Shown here piece after piece: positions 28,686 through 38,783 of a stretch of 64,000 nucleotides of DNA. The position numbers and the translations under genes are program-made. The DNA lies in assembly GCA_031417555.1 (NCBI GenBank), contig JANOVV010000112.1:45559-109558 (forward strand). The letters are read 5' to 3'. The stretch's first letter is position 1; every line of letters begins with the position of its first letter. A model generated the notes under the pieces. It saw only the letters and a list, made by a program, of their open reading frames with translations. It was not told the origin of the DNA and ran no database searches. This stretch comes from Bacteroidota bacterium (GTDB lineage: Bacteria > Bacteroidota > Bacteroidia > AKYH767-A > 2013-40CM-41-45).

Positions 28686-31352
28686 TTATTTTTTAAATAT
28701 ATTTTTTAATTGATCCTTTGCTTTTTTCTCTGCAGCTTTTTTGAGACTATCGGTTTGGGCTTTTGCTTTTGCTTCAGCTTGTTTTTTGAGTTTCTCTGCT
28801 TCTCCGGCAAGTTTTTGTTTTTCTGCCTCAATTTTTACTGCTGCTTCATTTTTGAGGCGCTCACCTTCAGCTCTTACTTTTGCTTCAGCATCTGCTTTCG
28901 CTTTTTCAAATTCCTCTTTTGCTTTTTCTTTCAAAGCTTCCATTGCATTGGCACCTACTTTATTTAAATCAGTTCCAATTTTCGGATCATTGACAGTACC
29001 TCCTATTTTAATATTTACAGGAACGACGTCCCCAATACTTAAATTAGCACCTTTCGCATTTGCAGATGAAACAAGATTGTTTAGAACACCATTGGCTGCA
29101 CCACCAAAAGAAGAACGTGGAATCTGAGTAGCCATTGTATAATCAATTGTTTGATCAAATCCATTTGAACCGGCCACATTCGCTTTTATTCCGTTAATAC
29201 TTATGTCAAAAGGGTCAACATAAACGCGTCCGTTAACAAATTTAAAGGAAGGATTAACCGTTGGAAGTATAAATTTTTTCCATGAATCCATTTTAAGTAC
29301 ATCTGCAATTTTGCTAAAGACAGGAAAGTTTGAAACAATAATATTACTCATGAACAATTTTCCGGATCCTGCCAGAGAGTTCATCAATGGACTCATTTTA
29401 TTATCGAGATCACCTTTTACAACCATGTCGGTAGAAAATTTTCCCGCACAATATTTTGCGATGGGCGCTAACTTTTGAATGGTATTAAAAGCTTCAGAAG
29501 TTTTCTGAATATCAAAATCTTTTACATTAACAGAAAAATCAAAGGAAGGTTTTTTAATATCGGCAGAAGAATATCCGCCACTCATAGACATGTTTCCATC
29601 AAGCATTTGCAAATTCACATCCTGCATTCGAATGGCTTTATCTTTAATTAGAAGTTTTCCTTTAACACTATTTAGAGCCAGGTTTTGATACAGCAAATGA
29701 CCAATAGAAGCATTCATTGTGAAATTGATATTATCAGGAATATCTAAAACCATAAGTTGATTAGTATCATTTGCAGCAGGAGTTGAAGATTTTTCATCAC
29801 CCATAAATTCGTTCAGGTCAATAGACTGAGAGTTCAGATTGATAGAACCTTTCAATGTTTCATTTTTTAAAACATAAGAGAGAAAATTTTCTAATGAACC
29901 GGAAGCATTAAAATCGCTTTTACCTACTTTAGCTATGAAAGAATTTAATGCAACAGTTTGTGGATTAAAAGAAAGTTGAAGTACATCTATTATCACCGGT
30001 GTTTTCGAATCTTTTGAAGTATAATTCATTCCTTTAATTCCAAAGTTACCACTTGCATTAAATTCGTCATATTTTTTTTGTTCAACTGACGACATCCTGC
30101 CTTTGGCAGATACATCAGCAGTGATGATACCGCTAAGTGTAGTTCCTTTATCGAGCGGAATAAATTTCCGAATTCCGGAAAGGTCTATTTTCCCTTTTAG
30201 GAAAGCGTCAATATCAGGATCGCTTACCGGAGTTTTTAATATGAGCTTAGCATCAAACGGATCGCCGTTCATTTCAACATGCAAACGAGACAGATTAATA
30301 AAAGTATGATCCGGTAAACCATCCGGATTATTTATTTTTAAATCAACAAATACATTTTTCACGGCCGAAGGAAGTGATGGATATTGGAACATTCCATTGT
30401 CAATAGTCAGATTAATTCCAAAACCGGGCATCGATTTTCCATTGTAACGTCCCTTTATAAAACCATCGAAACCCATTTTTCCGGAAGATTTGATATCCTT
30501 AAAATCGGCGGAGTAAATGGCAGGAATAATAGATATAAAGTTTTTGAAATCGGATTTAGCAGCACTAAATTTTAAATCCATGTCTATATTGGTATCAGGC
30601 ATTGCGACCCAGCCGTTTATTCCAAGATTTAATTCATTGAGTAATATTTTATTTTCCTTGAATGTAAACTTCATGTTTTTCATATCCATATCAAGATCAG
30701 CATCAATCGTTGTATTGGCATGTGAAAAATAATTAACTCCACCGAATGACATATCTGCACTTTTTATATCGGTTTTAGTACTAAGTATAAAAAGATCTTG
30801 CGTAAAATCACCTGTCCCTGTATGATTAAGTCCTTCGAGTAAAAGTGTAAAAGGCATTGTTTTATCATCGTAAACAATTCGTCCATTGGATATAGCATAT
30901 TTATTTAACGTCGCTTTAAAAGCAGATGGTTTTCCATCTTCTTTAGATGATACTGAAGGTTTTGTAATGTCCCAATTTGCTTTCCCGTCTTTATTGACGA
31001 GAAAATACATGACAGGATCTGTAAGGTTTATTTTTTTAATTCTTATTTCGGAGCCACTGATAACGCTCATTATATCGACAGTAAGATTCAAATCGCCGGC
31101 ATAAATGAGAGTATCTCCTTCAAAAGGCGCCATATTGATGATGCTGAGTTTCTCGATATCAATCGAGAGATTAGGAAAACTTCGAAGCAGCGAAAGATTA
31201 AAATTTCCGAAATCTATTTTTGCATTAATACTATTATTAGCTTCTGTTTTAACTTTGCTGATGATTTTATCTTTAAATAAGAAAGGAATAAGTATTAAAA
31301 TTAACAGAAGAATTCCGAAAATAATACCAATCCACTTTATCACTTTTTTCAT
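28686..31352 (-). CDS. AsmA-family-like envelope protein with C-terminal Lys/Ala/Glu-rich coiled-coil tail
   Basis: Single N-terminal TM (WIGIIFGILLLILILIPFLF). The periplasmic part is large, Asn/Ser-rich and predicted beta-rich. The last 90 aa or so are a K/A/E low-complexity tail. Confidence 0.5.
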   Translation of the reverse strand: MKKVIKWIGIIFGILLLILILIPFLFKDKIISKVKTEANNSINAKIDFGNFNLSLLRSFPNLSIDIEKLSIINMAPFEGDTLIYAGDLNLTVDIMSVISGSEIRIKKINLTDPVMYFLVNKDGKANWDITKPSVSSKEDGKPSAFKATLNKYAISNGRIVYDDKTMPFTLLLEGLNHTGTGDFTQDLFILSTKTDIKSADMSFGGVNYFSHANTTIDADLDMDMKNMKFTFKENKILLNELNLGINGWVAMPDTNIDMDLKFSAAKSDFKNFISIIPAIYSADFKDIKSSGKMGFDGFIKGRYNGKSMPGFGINLTIDNGMFQYPSLPSAVKNVFVDLKINNPDGLPDHTFINLSRLHVEMNGDPFDAKLILKTPVSDPDIDAFLKGKIDLSGIRKFIPLDKGTTLSGIITADVSAKGRMSSVEQKKYDEFNASGNFGIKGMNYTSKDSKTPVIIDVLQLSFNPQTVALNSFIAKVGKSDFNASGSLENFLSYVLKNETLKGSINLNSQSIDLNEFMGDEKSSTPAANDTNQLMVLDIPDNINFTMNASIGHLLYQNLALNSVKGKLLIKDKAIRMQDVNLQMLDGNMSMSGGYSSADIKKPSFDFSVNVKDFDIQKTSEAFNTIQKLAPIAKYCAGKFSTDMVVKGDLDNKMSPLMNSLAGSGKLFMSNIIVSNFPVFSKIADVLKMDSWKKFILPTVNPSFKFVNGRVYVDPFDISINGIKANVAGSNGFDQTIDYTMATQIPRSSFGGAANGVLNNLVSSANAKGANLSIGDVVPVNIKIGGTVNDPKIGTDLNKVGANAMEALKEKAKEEFEKAKADAEAKVRAEGERLKNEAAVKIEAEKQKLAGEAEKLKKQAEAKAKAQTDSLKKAAEKKAKDQLKNIFKK

Positions 31353-31390
31353 TTTTGTTTTTCTTTATTTAATTATATATGATACTTCCC

Positions 31391-32476
31391 TTATTCCATC
31401 CTCGAATTCCGATTCCTCAAAAAATGATCGACAAGAACAATTGCTGCCATTGCTTCCACAATAGGAACAGCACGGGGAACAACGCAAGGGTCATGGCGTC
31501 CTTTGACAATGAGGTCGACAGTTTCACCTTTTTCATTGATGGTAGTTTGGTTTTTTAATAAAGTTGAAACAGGTTTGAAAGCTACACGAAAATAAATATC
31601 CATTCCATTTGAAATTCCGCCTTGAATTCCGCCTGAGTTATTTGTTCTTGTTATAATTTTCCCATCGCTGTTTTTCTCAAAGAGATCATTGTGTTCAGAA
31701 CCTTTCATAGTAACGCTTTCAAAGCCACTTCCGTAATCAAAACCATGAACAGCATTAATACTTAACATAGCTTTGCCGAGGTCGGCATGTAGTTTATCGA
31801 AAACGGGTTCACCCCATCCGATATTTGGATTTGTGATAATACATTGTACAATTCCTCCGGCGGAATCACCTTCTGATTTTAAAGATTCGATAAATTCGAT
31901 CATTTTCTCCGAAGTATCCATATCCGGACAGCGCATGATGCTTTTCTCGGTAAGAGAAAGGTCCAGTTCAGATATTTTTTTTTCGATTTTAATTTTTCCA
32001 ACCTGAGTAACAAAAGCGTTAATAGTGACACCTTGAACAGCTAGTATTTGTTTGGCAATTGCACCTCCAAAAACGCGGGAAGCTGTTTCTCTGGCACTCG
32101 ATCTTCCTCCACCCCGATGATCGCGTAAGCCGTATTTTTGCAAATAAGTAAAATCGGCGTGCGAAGGTCTGAAAGCATCCTTCATATTATCATAATCTGA
32201 GGGCTTATAATCCAGATTTCGAATCAGGAATGCCAATGGAGCGCCTGTTGTCTTGCCTTCAAATACACCGGATAAAATTTCAAAATCATCATCTTCTTTT
32301 CTGGAAGTGGTAACAGAAGATTGGCCGGGTTTACGGCGATTCATTTCAATGCTGATTTTATTTAAATCGATTGCTAAACCTGCAGGACAACCATCGATGA
32401 TTCCGCCAATACCAACACCATGCGATTCGCCAAAGGTTGTTAAACTGAAAATTTTACCAATTGTATTTCCTGCCAT
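31391..32476 (-). CDS. aroC: Chorismate synthase
   Basis: N-terminus [20 protein letters not shown]; 361 aa; the conserved chorismate synthase signature regions are recognisable. Confidence 0.9.
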   Translation of the reverse strand: MAGNTIGKIFSLTTFGESHGVGIGGIIDGCPAGLAIDLNKISIEMNRRKPGQSSVTTSRKEDDDFEILSGVFEGKTTGAPLAFLIRNLDYKPSDYDNMKDAFRPSHADFTYLQKYGLRDHRGGGRSSARETASRVFGGAIAKQILAVQGVTINAFVTQVGKIKIEKKISELDLSLTEKSIMRCPDMDTSEKMIEFIESLKSEGDSAGGIVQCIITNPNIGWGEPVFDKLHADLGKAMLSINAVHGFDYGSGFESVTMKGSEHNDLFEKNSDGKIITRTNNSGGIQGGISNGMDIYFRVAFKPVSTLLKNQTTINEKGETVDLIVKGRHDPCVVPRAVPIVEAMAAIVLVDHFLRNRNSRME

Positions 32477-32708
32477 AATGTGGTGAAATTAATCAATTCG
32501 CTCGTAACTATTTTTGATAATTTGATAGTGGCATTAACAATGGAATACTAATAACTTCTTTTTCAAGTATTGACCGAAAAACACCAAATAATTGTGTAAA
32601 TTTTACATTGAATAATATAAGAACAAATAAATGGTTGTAAGATCCATTGATGTTTTGAATTGATGATTTTTAAATCACTAATTTCGGGCGAGAATATTAA
32701 TAAATTTT

Positions 32709-33977
32709 ATGAGTATACTTATCCATTCCATTCATTGTCTTGTACATACTGAGGATAAATTTATCCTGAAATATAGCGGACAAGATATGAATGCTTTGAA
32801 AACGATTGAAAATGCTTTTCTATTTATTGAAGGTGATAAAATCCACTCTTTTGGAAAATGTACCGATGAAAAACTTATTGAAATAAGGAACGCATATGCA
32901 CCGTTAACAGAAATAGATGCCAGTGGTAAATTAGTTTTTCCATCCTGGTGTGATTCACATACTCATTTAGTTTATGCAAGTAGTCGCGAGAATGAATTTG
33001 TTGAAAGAATAAAAGGATTTTCTTATGAGGAAATAGCACAAAGAGGTGGCGGTATTCTTAACTCTGCAAAGATATTGAGGAATTCATCTGAAGAGGATCT
33101 TTTTAATAGTGCCGTACTAAGATTGAATGAAATTCTTCATTCAGGAACTGGAGCTGTAGAAATTAAAAGTGGTTATGGCCTTGATTTGGAAAGTGAGTTA
33201 AAGATGTTGAGAGTTATAAAAAAACTAAAAGAAAAATCAGCATTAACAATTCGAGCTACATTCCTTGGTGCTCATGCAGTCCCATCTGAATTTAATGATA
33301 ATAAAAAAGGGTATCTTGATTTAATTATTAATGAAATGCTTCCTGCTATTTCAAAAGAGAAACTTGCAGACTATTGTGACATTTTTTGTGAAAGAAATTA
33401 TTTTACGAAAGAAGATGCTTTGCGATTATTCGAAGCTTCACATAAGCACGGCCTGATTCCTAAAGTTCATGCCGAACAATTGAGTCATTCCGGAGGTATT
33501 GAAGCAGGTGTTCAATCCAAAGCAATTAGTGTTGATCATCTGGAATATGCGAATGATAATGATATAGAAATATTAAGAAATTCCGAAACAATGCCTGTCA
33601 TTCTTCCCGGTGCACAATTTTTCCTGAATCTTCCGATGCCACCTGTAAGAAATATGATTAATAAAGGATTAGGTGTAGCTATATCAAGTGATTTCAACCC
33701 GGGAAGTTGTCCGAGCGGGAACATGAATCAGATGATCTCACTGGCATGTATTCTTTACAAAATGACGCCGGAAGAAGTTATTATTGCATCCACCACCAAT
33801 TCGGCATATGCAATGAATCTGAGTTCAAAGTTAGGAAGTATTGCTGCCGGGAAAAAAGCAAATATATTTATAACAAAAAAAATTCCTTCTTATTCCTTCT
33901 TACCTTATTCTTTCGGTAGTAACCTCGTAGATAAAGTAATCCTGAATGGAAAAGTTATGAATAGGGATGATTTTTAA
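32709..33977 (+). CDS. hutI: Imidazolonepropionase
   Basis: Amidohydrolase metal motifs (PSWCDSHTHLVYASSRENEF, GGGILNS, HAEQLSH). The true start may be the Met at 32787. Confidence 0.8.
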   Translation: MSILIHSIHCLVHTEDKFILKYSGQDMNALKTIENAFLFIEGDKIHSFGKCTDEKLIEIRNAYAPLTEIDASGKLVFPSWCDSHTHLVYASSRENEFVERIKGFSYEEIAQRGGGILNSAKILRNSSEEDLFNSAVLRLNEILHSGTGAVEIKSGYGLDLESELKMLRVIKKLKEKSALTIRATFLGAHAVPSEFNDNKKGYLDLIINEMLPAISKEKLADYCDIFCERNYFTKEDALRLFEASHKHGLIPKVHAEQLSHSGGIEAGVQSKAISVDHLEYANDNDIEILRNSETMPVILPGAQFFLNLPMPPVRNMINKGLGVAISSDFNPGSCPSGNMNQMISLACILYKMTPEEVIIASTTNSAYAMNLSSKLGSIAAGKKANIFITKKIPSYSFLPYSFGSNLVDKVILNGKVMNRDDF

Positions 33978-34084
33978 CAATGGTTAAATTTAAACCTTAA
34001 TAATAATTACCTTATACTCAAAAGTGCCGCCATTAACTATTAGCGATTAACGATTTAAGATTAACTAATAACAAATAACAAAGT

Positions 34085-35737
34085 ATGAAACAATTGATCG
34101 AATGTGTTCCTAATTTTAGTGAAGGAGTTGATCTATCTATCATCAAACAAATAACAGATTCTATAGAAAGTGTAGAAGGTATTCGATTATTGAATGTTGA
34201 TCCCGGTAAAGCTACGAACAGAACGGTTGTAACTTTTGTAGGTGAACCGGGTCGGGTCATCGAAGCAGCATTCCGGGCAATTTCTATGGCAGCTAAACTC
34301 ATAGACATGAGTAAACACAAAGGAGAACATCCACGAATGGGAGCCACTGATGTTTGTCCGCTAATTCCAATTTCAAATATTACTATTGAAGAAACAGTAG
34401 TTTATGCAAAGAAGCTTGCTGATCGCGTAGGCCGCGAATTAAAAATTCCTGTTTATCTGTACGAAGCTGCTCAAAGCAATCCTGCCCGAAAAAATTTAAG
34501 TGTAATTCGGTCCGGAGAATACGAAGGGTTTTTTGAAAAAATAAAACAACCGGAATGGAAGCCCGACTATGGTCCCAAAGAATTTAATATAATTTCCGGA
34601 GCCAGTGTTATTGGTGTACGTGATTTTTTGGTGGCTTATAATGTAAATTTGAATACAACGTCGGTACGTCGCGCCAATTCTGTTGCATTTGATATTCGGG
34701 AAAACGGAAGGAAGGTTAAAAATGATAAAGGTGAAGAAATTGTTCAGCCCGGTACTTGTAAATCGGTGAAAGCTATTGGATGGTATATAGAAGAGTATGG
34801 AATAGCACAGGTTAGTATGAACCTTACGAATATTAACATTACCCCTCTTCACATAGCTTTTTACGAATGTGAAAAAAGTGCAATTAAAAGGGGTATGCGT
34901 GTAACAGGTTCTGAAATTGTTGGTGTTTTGCCTTTGAAAGCATTAACGGATGCAGGAAAATTTTTTCTTGAAAAACAAAACCGGTCTTCAGGCGTTTCTG
35001 AAAAGGAACTTGTAAGAATTGCGGTTAAATCGTTTGGTCTCGATGAACTTTCTCCATTTAATCCGGAGGAAAGAATTATAGAATATATGCTAAAAGATAA
35101 AAGTGATGAGAAATTAATTCAAATGACACTTTCTGATTTTGCCGATGAAACTGCTTCTGAATCACCGGCACCTGGCGGCGGATCGATATCGGCATATATC
35201 GGAGCTCTTGGCGTTTCTCTTGGAACAATGGTTGCAAACTTGTCGTCCGTTAAAAAAGGCTGGGAAGACAAATGGAAGGATTTTTCAATCTGGGCAGAAA
35301 AAGGGCAACAAATAAAAAAGAGTTTGCTTTCTCTGGTTGATGAAGACACAAAGGCTTTTAATAAAATCATGGATACTTATAATATGCCTAAAGGTACTGA
35401 AGAGGAAAAAACATTACGGGCGAAAGCTTTAGAGTCTGCCACTCAATATGCTATTGAAGTGCCTTTAAAGGTTATGAAACTGTCTTTAGAATCGATGGAG
35501 ATTATCCGTTCAATGGCAGAAACTGGGAATGCAAATTCAGTTTCTGATGCCGGTGTCGGAGCTCTATGTGCTCGTTCAGCTGTAATCGGAGCCTATTTGA
35601 ATGTGAAAATTAATTCGGCGGGATTAAAAGATACAGTTTACAAAGAAAAAGTTCTTAAAGAAGCCGAAATTATTAGAAAGTCAGCAGTTAAAATTGAAGA
35701 AGAGATACTTCTTACAGTTGAGCAAAAAATGGTATAA
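34085..35737 (+). CDS. ftcD: Bifunctional glutamate formimidoyltransferase / formimidoyltetrahydrofolate cyclodeaminase
   Basis: N-terminus MKQLIECVPNFSEG, a formiminotransferase signature; a cyclodeaminase-like C-terminal half; 550 aa. Confidence 0.85.
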   Translation: MKQLIECVPNFSEGVDLSIIKQITDSIESVEGIRLLNVDPGKATNRTVVTFVGEPGRVIEAAFRAISMAAKLIDMSKHKGEHPRMGATDVCPLIPISNITIEETVVYAKKLADRVGRELKIPVYLYEAAQSNPARKNLSVIRSGEYEGFFEKIKQPEWKPDYGPKEFNIISGASVIGVRDFLVAYNVNLNTTSVRRANSVAFDIRENGRKVKNDKGEEIVQPGTCKSVKAIGWYIEEYGIAQVSMNLTNINITPLHIAFYECEKSAIKRGMRVTGSEIVGVLPLKALTDAGKFFLEKQNRSSGVSEKELVRIAVKSFGLDELSPFNPEERIIEYMLKDKSDEKLIQMTLSDFADETASESPAPGGGSISAYIGALGVSLGTMVANLSSVKKGWEDKWKDFSIWAEKGQQIKKSLLSLVDEDTKAFNKIMDTYNMPKGTEEEKTLRAKALESATQYAIEVPLKVMKLSLESMEIIRSMAETGNANSVSDAGVGALCARSAVIGAYLNVKINSAGLKDTVYKEKVLKEAEIIRKSAVKIEEEILLTVEQKMV

Positions 35738-35817
35738 AATGCTCCAAACCTTTGTTGATGAATACCGTATCAGATTAAGGGGTCGTTCTGGCTCCATACA
35801 ACAATCGATGGAATTAT

Positions 35818-38166
35818 TTGATGTGGTCTAAAAAAAATTACAGCCGTTTATTTTATTCTTTTCCGATTCAGCTTGTTGTTGTGCTGATGAAGAAAAATCA
35901 TTTGTTGTTATTGTATTGGGTAATTTTATTTGGATGGATAACTAATACCACATCTAAAACATTTGGAATCCCCTATTTATTTCTTGATCCGGAATACATG
36001 GGCTCGGTCGGCTTCACATCTTTTTTTATTATGGGATTTGCAGCCGGTAGTTTTATAATGGTGTATAATATTTCCAGTTATATTATAAATGGTTTTCGTT
36101 TCCCTTTTATAGCAACGCTTTCCAGGCCATTTTTAAAATATTCGGTAAATAATTTTATTGTTCCATTGTTATTTATAATAACTTATCTGGGTAATATTAT
36201 TTTCTTTCAGGTTAATAATGAATACCAGACTACCTGGAGCATTATTTCACAGGTTTTGGGTTTTATTGTCGGACTTGCACTTATTGTAATGACGACATTA
36301 ACATATTTCTTCAGAACGAATAAGGATATTATTTTAATGTTTGGAATCGAGTCTTCAGATTCAGATCCTAATGCTCCCTATGCAGAACATCTTCTTTCTG
36401 ATCATGAAAAGGAAAAGAAAAGGAGAATTATAAGAAAAAGAAACTACGTTGAAAAAAGCTGGCGCGTCGATACGTATTTAAGTAATCCATACAAAGTTAA
36501 ATTAGTAAGAGCTACTGCCCACTATACTCGCGAAATGGTGGATTCGGTTTTCAGACAAAATCACTTAAATGCTGCTATTATAGAAATAATCGTATTTGGA
36601 TTATTTATTTTGATGGGATTGTTTAAAGATTATTCTTTCTTTAAGATTCCTGCCGGAGCAAGTGTTATTCTTATCTTTTCTTTATTTATAATGCTAAGTA
36701 GTGCTTTCCGCTTTTGGCTCAAAGCATGGTCGACATCTGTTTTGATTTTAGTAATTCTCGTCTTCAATTTTATTTCCCAGTACGGGTTTTTCTACTCCGA
36801 TAATAAAGCTTACGGAATGGAATACAATAACGGTAAATCAGATTATAGTATTCTCCATTTTAATGAAATCAGTGATTCTATAAAAGTGCAGACGGATTTA
36901 AATTCTACTATCCAAATCCTTGAACGTTGGAAAGAAAAATTTATAAGGCATAATACAAAGCCTAAAATGATTTTCATTAATTGTTCAGGTGGTGGTTTAC
37001 GGGCTTCTATCTGGGCTTACAGGCTTATGCAAATGGCAGATAGTCTTACGAATATGGAATTTTCTAAATCTACTCAATTGATTTCCGGCGCATCGGGAGG
37101 AATGATAGGTGCGGCTTATTACAGAGAACTTTATTTACAAGAGCGTTTAGGATTATTAAAAAGTAAAAACAGTAAAAAAAATATTTTTAATATTGGAAAA
37201 GATCTTCTGAATCCCGTTGCCTTCAGTGTTACGGTAAGTGATATGTTTTTTAATTTACAGAAATTCAAAGAAGGGAATACACATTTTGCAAAAGACAGAG
37301 CCTATGCTTTTGAACAGCAATTGAACGAGAATACCGGTTATGTGCTGAGCAAGCCTTTATCAGCTTATAAGGAGGCGGAAGCCAGCGGACTTATTCCGAT
37401 GATGATCTTTGCTCCTACTATTGTTAATGATGGCCGAAGACTTTTAATTTCTTCACAGGATATTAGTTATATGACTAAGCATACTGTTGATAGTATCTTT
37501 CGTTTTGATCTTACCATTGATGAAATTGAATTTCGTAGACTTTTTGGTAAACAGAATGCAGATAATATCCGATATACTAGTGTTCTTAGAATGAATGCAA
37601 CGTTTCCATATATATTACCTGCTGTAAGTCTTCCGAGTGAACCATTAATTCATGTGATGGATGCCGGTATTCGCGATAATACCGGACTAAAAACATCACT
37701 TAGATTTTTATATATTTTCAAAGAATGGATTGAAGAAAATACCAGTGGTGTAATATTCGTCGATATACGTGATTCTCATAAAGAAAGACCTATTGAAAAT
37801 AAACCGCGCATGACATTGTTGGAAAATATTATTACTCCTCTTGGAAATATTTATGGAAACCTTTTAACGATACAAGATTATAATCAGGATGAAGCCTATG
37901 AATATGCAAAAGGATGGTTCAATGGTAAATTTGATTTCATTAAATTTGAATTGCCAACGAAAGAGCAAGATATATCACTCAGCTGGCATTTGACTACAAG
38001 AGAAAAGGAAAGTGTTTATAATTCAGTATTTCTACATGAAAACAATGTTAGCTTTCAAAAGCTTTTTAAAGTGATGAATGATTTAGAACCGTATGCTTCT
38101 AATTTTATTGCAGAAAAAAATGACAGTATCCTTGCTGGTGGAACTCGAATTGCATTACATAAGTAA
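35818..38166 (+). CDS. Membrane-anchored patatin-like phospholipase
   Basis: An N-terminal multi-TM region of about 330 aa. Patatin motifs follow: oxyanion GGGLRAS, nucleophile GASGG, and Asp motif DAGIRDN. 782 aa. Confidence 0.75.
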   Translation: MMWSKKNYSRLFYSFPIQLVVVLMKKNHLLLLYWVILFGWITNTTSKTFGIPYLFLDPEYMGSVGFTSFFIMGFAAGSFIMVYNISSYIINGFRFPFIATLSRPFLKYSVNNFIVPLLFIITYLGNIIFFQVNNEYQTTWSIISQVLGFIVGLALIVMTTLTYFFRTNKDIILMFGIESSDSDPNAPYAEHLLSDHEKEKKRRIIRKRNYVEKSWRVDTYLSNPYKVKLVRATAHYTREMVDSVFRQNHLNAAIIEIIVFGLFILMGLFKDYSFFKIPAGASVILIFSLFIMLSSAFRFWLKAWSTSVLILVILVFNFISQYGFFYSDNKAYGMEYNNGKSDYSILHFNEISDSIKVQTDLNSTIQILERWKEKFIRHNTKPKMIFINCSGGGLRASIWAYRLMQMADSLTNMEFSKSTQLISGASGGMIGAAYYRELYLQERLGLLKSKNSKKNIFNIGKDLLNPVAFSVTVSDMFFNLQKFKEGNTHFAKDRAYAFEQQLNENTGYVLSKPLSAYKEAEASGLIPMMIFAPTIVNDGRRLLISSQDISYMTKHTVDSIFRFDLTIDEIEFRRLFGKQNADNIRYTSVLRMNATFPYILPAVSLPSEPLIHVMDAGIRDNTGLKTSLRFLYIFKEWIEENTSGVIFVDIRDSHKERPIENKPRMTLLENIITPLGNIYGNLLTIQDYNQDEAYEYAKGWFNGKFDFIKFELPTKEQDISLSWHLTTREKESVYNSVFLHENNVSFQKLFKVMNDLEPYASNFIAEKNDSILAGGTRIALHK

Positions 38167-38294
38167 ATTAAAATTTATTATAGAAAAGGAAATAATATAT
38201 TATATTTTTTTTTGATGACGGAAGTTTTTAAACTTAATTATTACCTATAAGTTTCGCCCGATTTATTTTATTTTGTTCGGATGATAGCAAATTC

Positions 38295-38621
38295 TCACAA
38301 GTTTCCTCCTGAATGACGATTTTGAGTTTTGTTATAAAACTCACAGGATTCTCTGAATTTATTTTCATTTAATCTCCTTATTAAATTGATTGCAGGAAGA
38401 TATTATTGTCATAAATTAGTTTATCTATGAAACGTTCGAAACAGCCAAGGAAGCTATTGAATGAGAAAAAACAATTAAAGACATGAGTCATGAAAAAAAA
38501 ATTGAATTAATAAAATCAAAAAATAAAAATCTAGCCTTTTATTGTATTTGGTAATTCAGAAAGAATCCTGTGAGTTTTTTTATATAATTTAATCCATCGT
38601 CATTCAGTAGGAAACCTGTGA
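38295..38621. repeat. Composite inverted-repeat element of about 330 bp (MITE-like or structured-RNA candidate)
   Basis: Left arms 38295-38320 and 38336-38359 are mirrored by 38551-38578 and 38592-38621 (about 22 of 26 and 23 of 25 matches). The arms contain a reiterated motif resembling TCACARGWTTCTCTGAAT. Confidence 0.5.
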
Positions 38622-38735
38622 CATAAAATGTAATTTTTTTTTAGGAATAAAATTGAAAAATTTAATAAAATATTTTTGCAAAAAAATATACAAACTATAA
38701 CTACATAAGTAATGTTTAATTTATATCTTAATTTC

Positions 38736-38783
38736 AATTTGTAATGACAAGACCATATGAATTTCAATGTCTCATTACAAATT
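38736..38783 (-). terminator. Stop-codon-proximal hairpin (possible terminator or RNA-stability element; no clean U-tract)
   Basis: aatttgtaatgaca...tgtctcattacaaatt: 12-14 bp stem overlapping the E1 stop codon. Confidence 0.3.

Noticed and set aside
28710-29127. 85- and 128-aa plus-strand ORFs rich in F, S and A
   Set aside because: They are antisense to the AsmA-like gene's K/A/E low-complexity tail. The ORFs arise from the repetitive codon composition.
35818-38166. Patatin protein as a CBASS or other defence-system effector
   Set aside because: There is no cyclase, sensor, immunity or other defence-type neighbour. It is flanked by hut genes and a dehydrogenase. The architecture fits a resident membrane lipase.
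38295-38621. tRNA or tmRNA-like structured RNA in the IR element
   Set aside because: I could not recognise a T-loop (GTTCRANYC) or anticodon-arm pattern here or in any other spacer. No tRNA or rRNA genes are evident in the window.
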